Shown: positions 36,952 through 37,076 of the stretch, piece by piece
Numbering within the stretch: position 1 is the stretch's first letter
Layout of the letters: every line of letters starts with the position of its first letter
Assembly (NCBI GenBank): GCA_027053075.1
Contig: JALUEE010000071.1
Span: 1-37,076 of the forward strand
Reading direction: 5' to 3'
Length of the DNA: 37,076 bases
DNA from: a candidate division WOR-3 bacterium
Lineage (GTDB): Bacteria > Hydrothermota > Hydrothermia > B15-G9 > WFZT01
Notes under the pieces: generated by a model
Told to the model about the DNA's origin: nothing
Databases searched by the model: none
Seen by the model: the letters and a program-made list of their open reading frames with translations, nothing else
Position numbers and translations under genes: made by a program

Positions 36952-37076
36952 GACACTTGTCAAGAATTTTGTGTAAACCATCATTTCACTCCTCCTCATA
37001 AACTTCTCTAAACATCCTGTGTAACTCAGGTAATACACCCTTAAACCTCGGCTCTGGCTTACTCCACACACCTTCT
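36952..37076 (-). mobile_element. IS256-family element, right end (continues beyond the window)
   Basis: Terminal sequence GACACTTGTCAAGAATTTTGTGTAAA resembles IS256-family inverted repeats (G..TGTC..AA..TGTGTA), with a transposase-like C-terminus upstream on the minus strand. Confidence 0.7.
36986..37076 (-). CDS. IS256-family transposase, C-terminal fragment
   Basis: Not in the ORF track. The minus frame reads EGVWSKPEPRFKGVLPELHRMFREVYEEE-stop, ending just before the inverted repeat; it resembles the W...L..MF...Y tail of IS256 transposases. Confidence 0.6.
   Translation of the reverse strand, partial: EGVWSKPEPRFKGVLPELHRMFREVYEEE

Noticed and set aside
36856..37071. 71-aa minus-strand ORF at the window end
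   Set aside because: It crosses the IS256/IS3 junction; the transposase-like C-terminus is in a different frame ending at 36986.

Overview
Bacterial chromosomal window, probably from a thermophilic diderm organism. This is an inference from Glu/Lys-rich proteins, a beta-barrel-type protein, the meso-DAP-type DNPR motif of MurE, and several archaeal-looking enzymes. Positions 1-10.7 kb (minus strand) carry the 5' part of a dcw cluster: mraZ-rsmH-ftsL-like-ftsI-murE-murF-mraY-murD-ftsW-murG and the first codons of murC. The plus strand then carries four blocks. (1) An EndoIII-like glycosylase-cinA-ade operon. (2) An N-acetylmuramoyl-L-alanine amidase coupled to a 1153-aa Ser/Thr kinase-P-loop NTPase-TPR protein and a separate GAF-AAA+-Fis sigma54-type activator; this is the most unusual system here. 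(3) An archaeal-type nicotinate phosphoribosyltransferase followed by an NTP-transferase, rmlACBD, a GT2, glgA and a putative outer-membrane protein. (4) glyQ-glyS-polA and a divergent MGMT-family gene. Intergenic DNA contains three BoxC-like hairpin repeats and a possible MITE. The window ends in an IS3-family element whose orfB is interrupted by the end of an IS256-family element. No rRNA, tRNA or CRISPR array was recognised.
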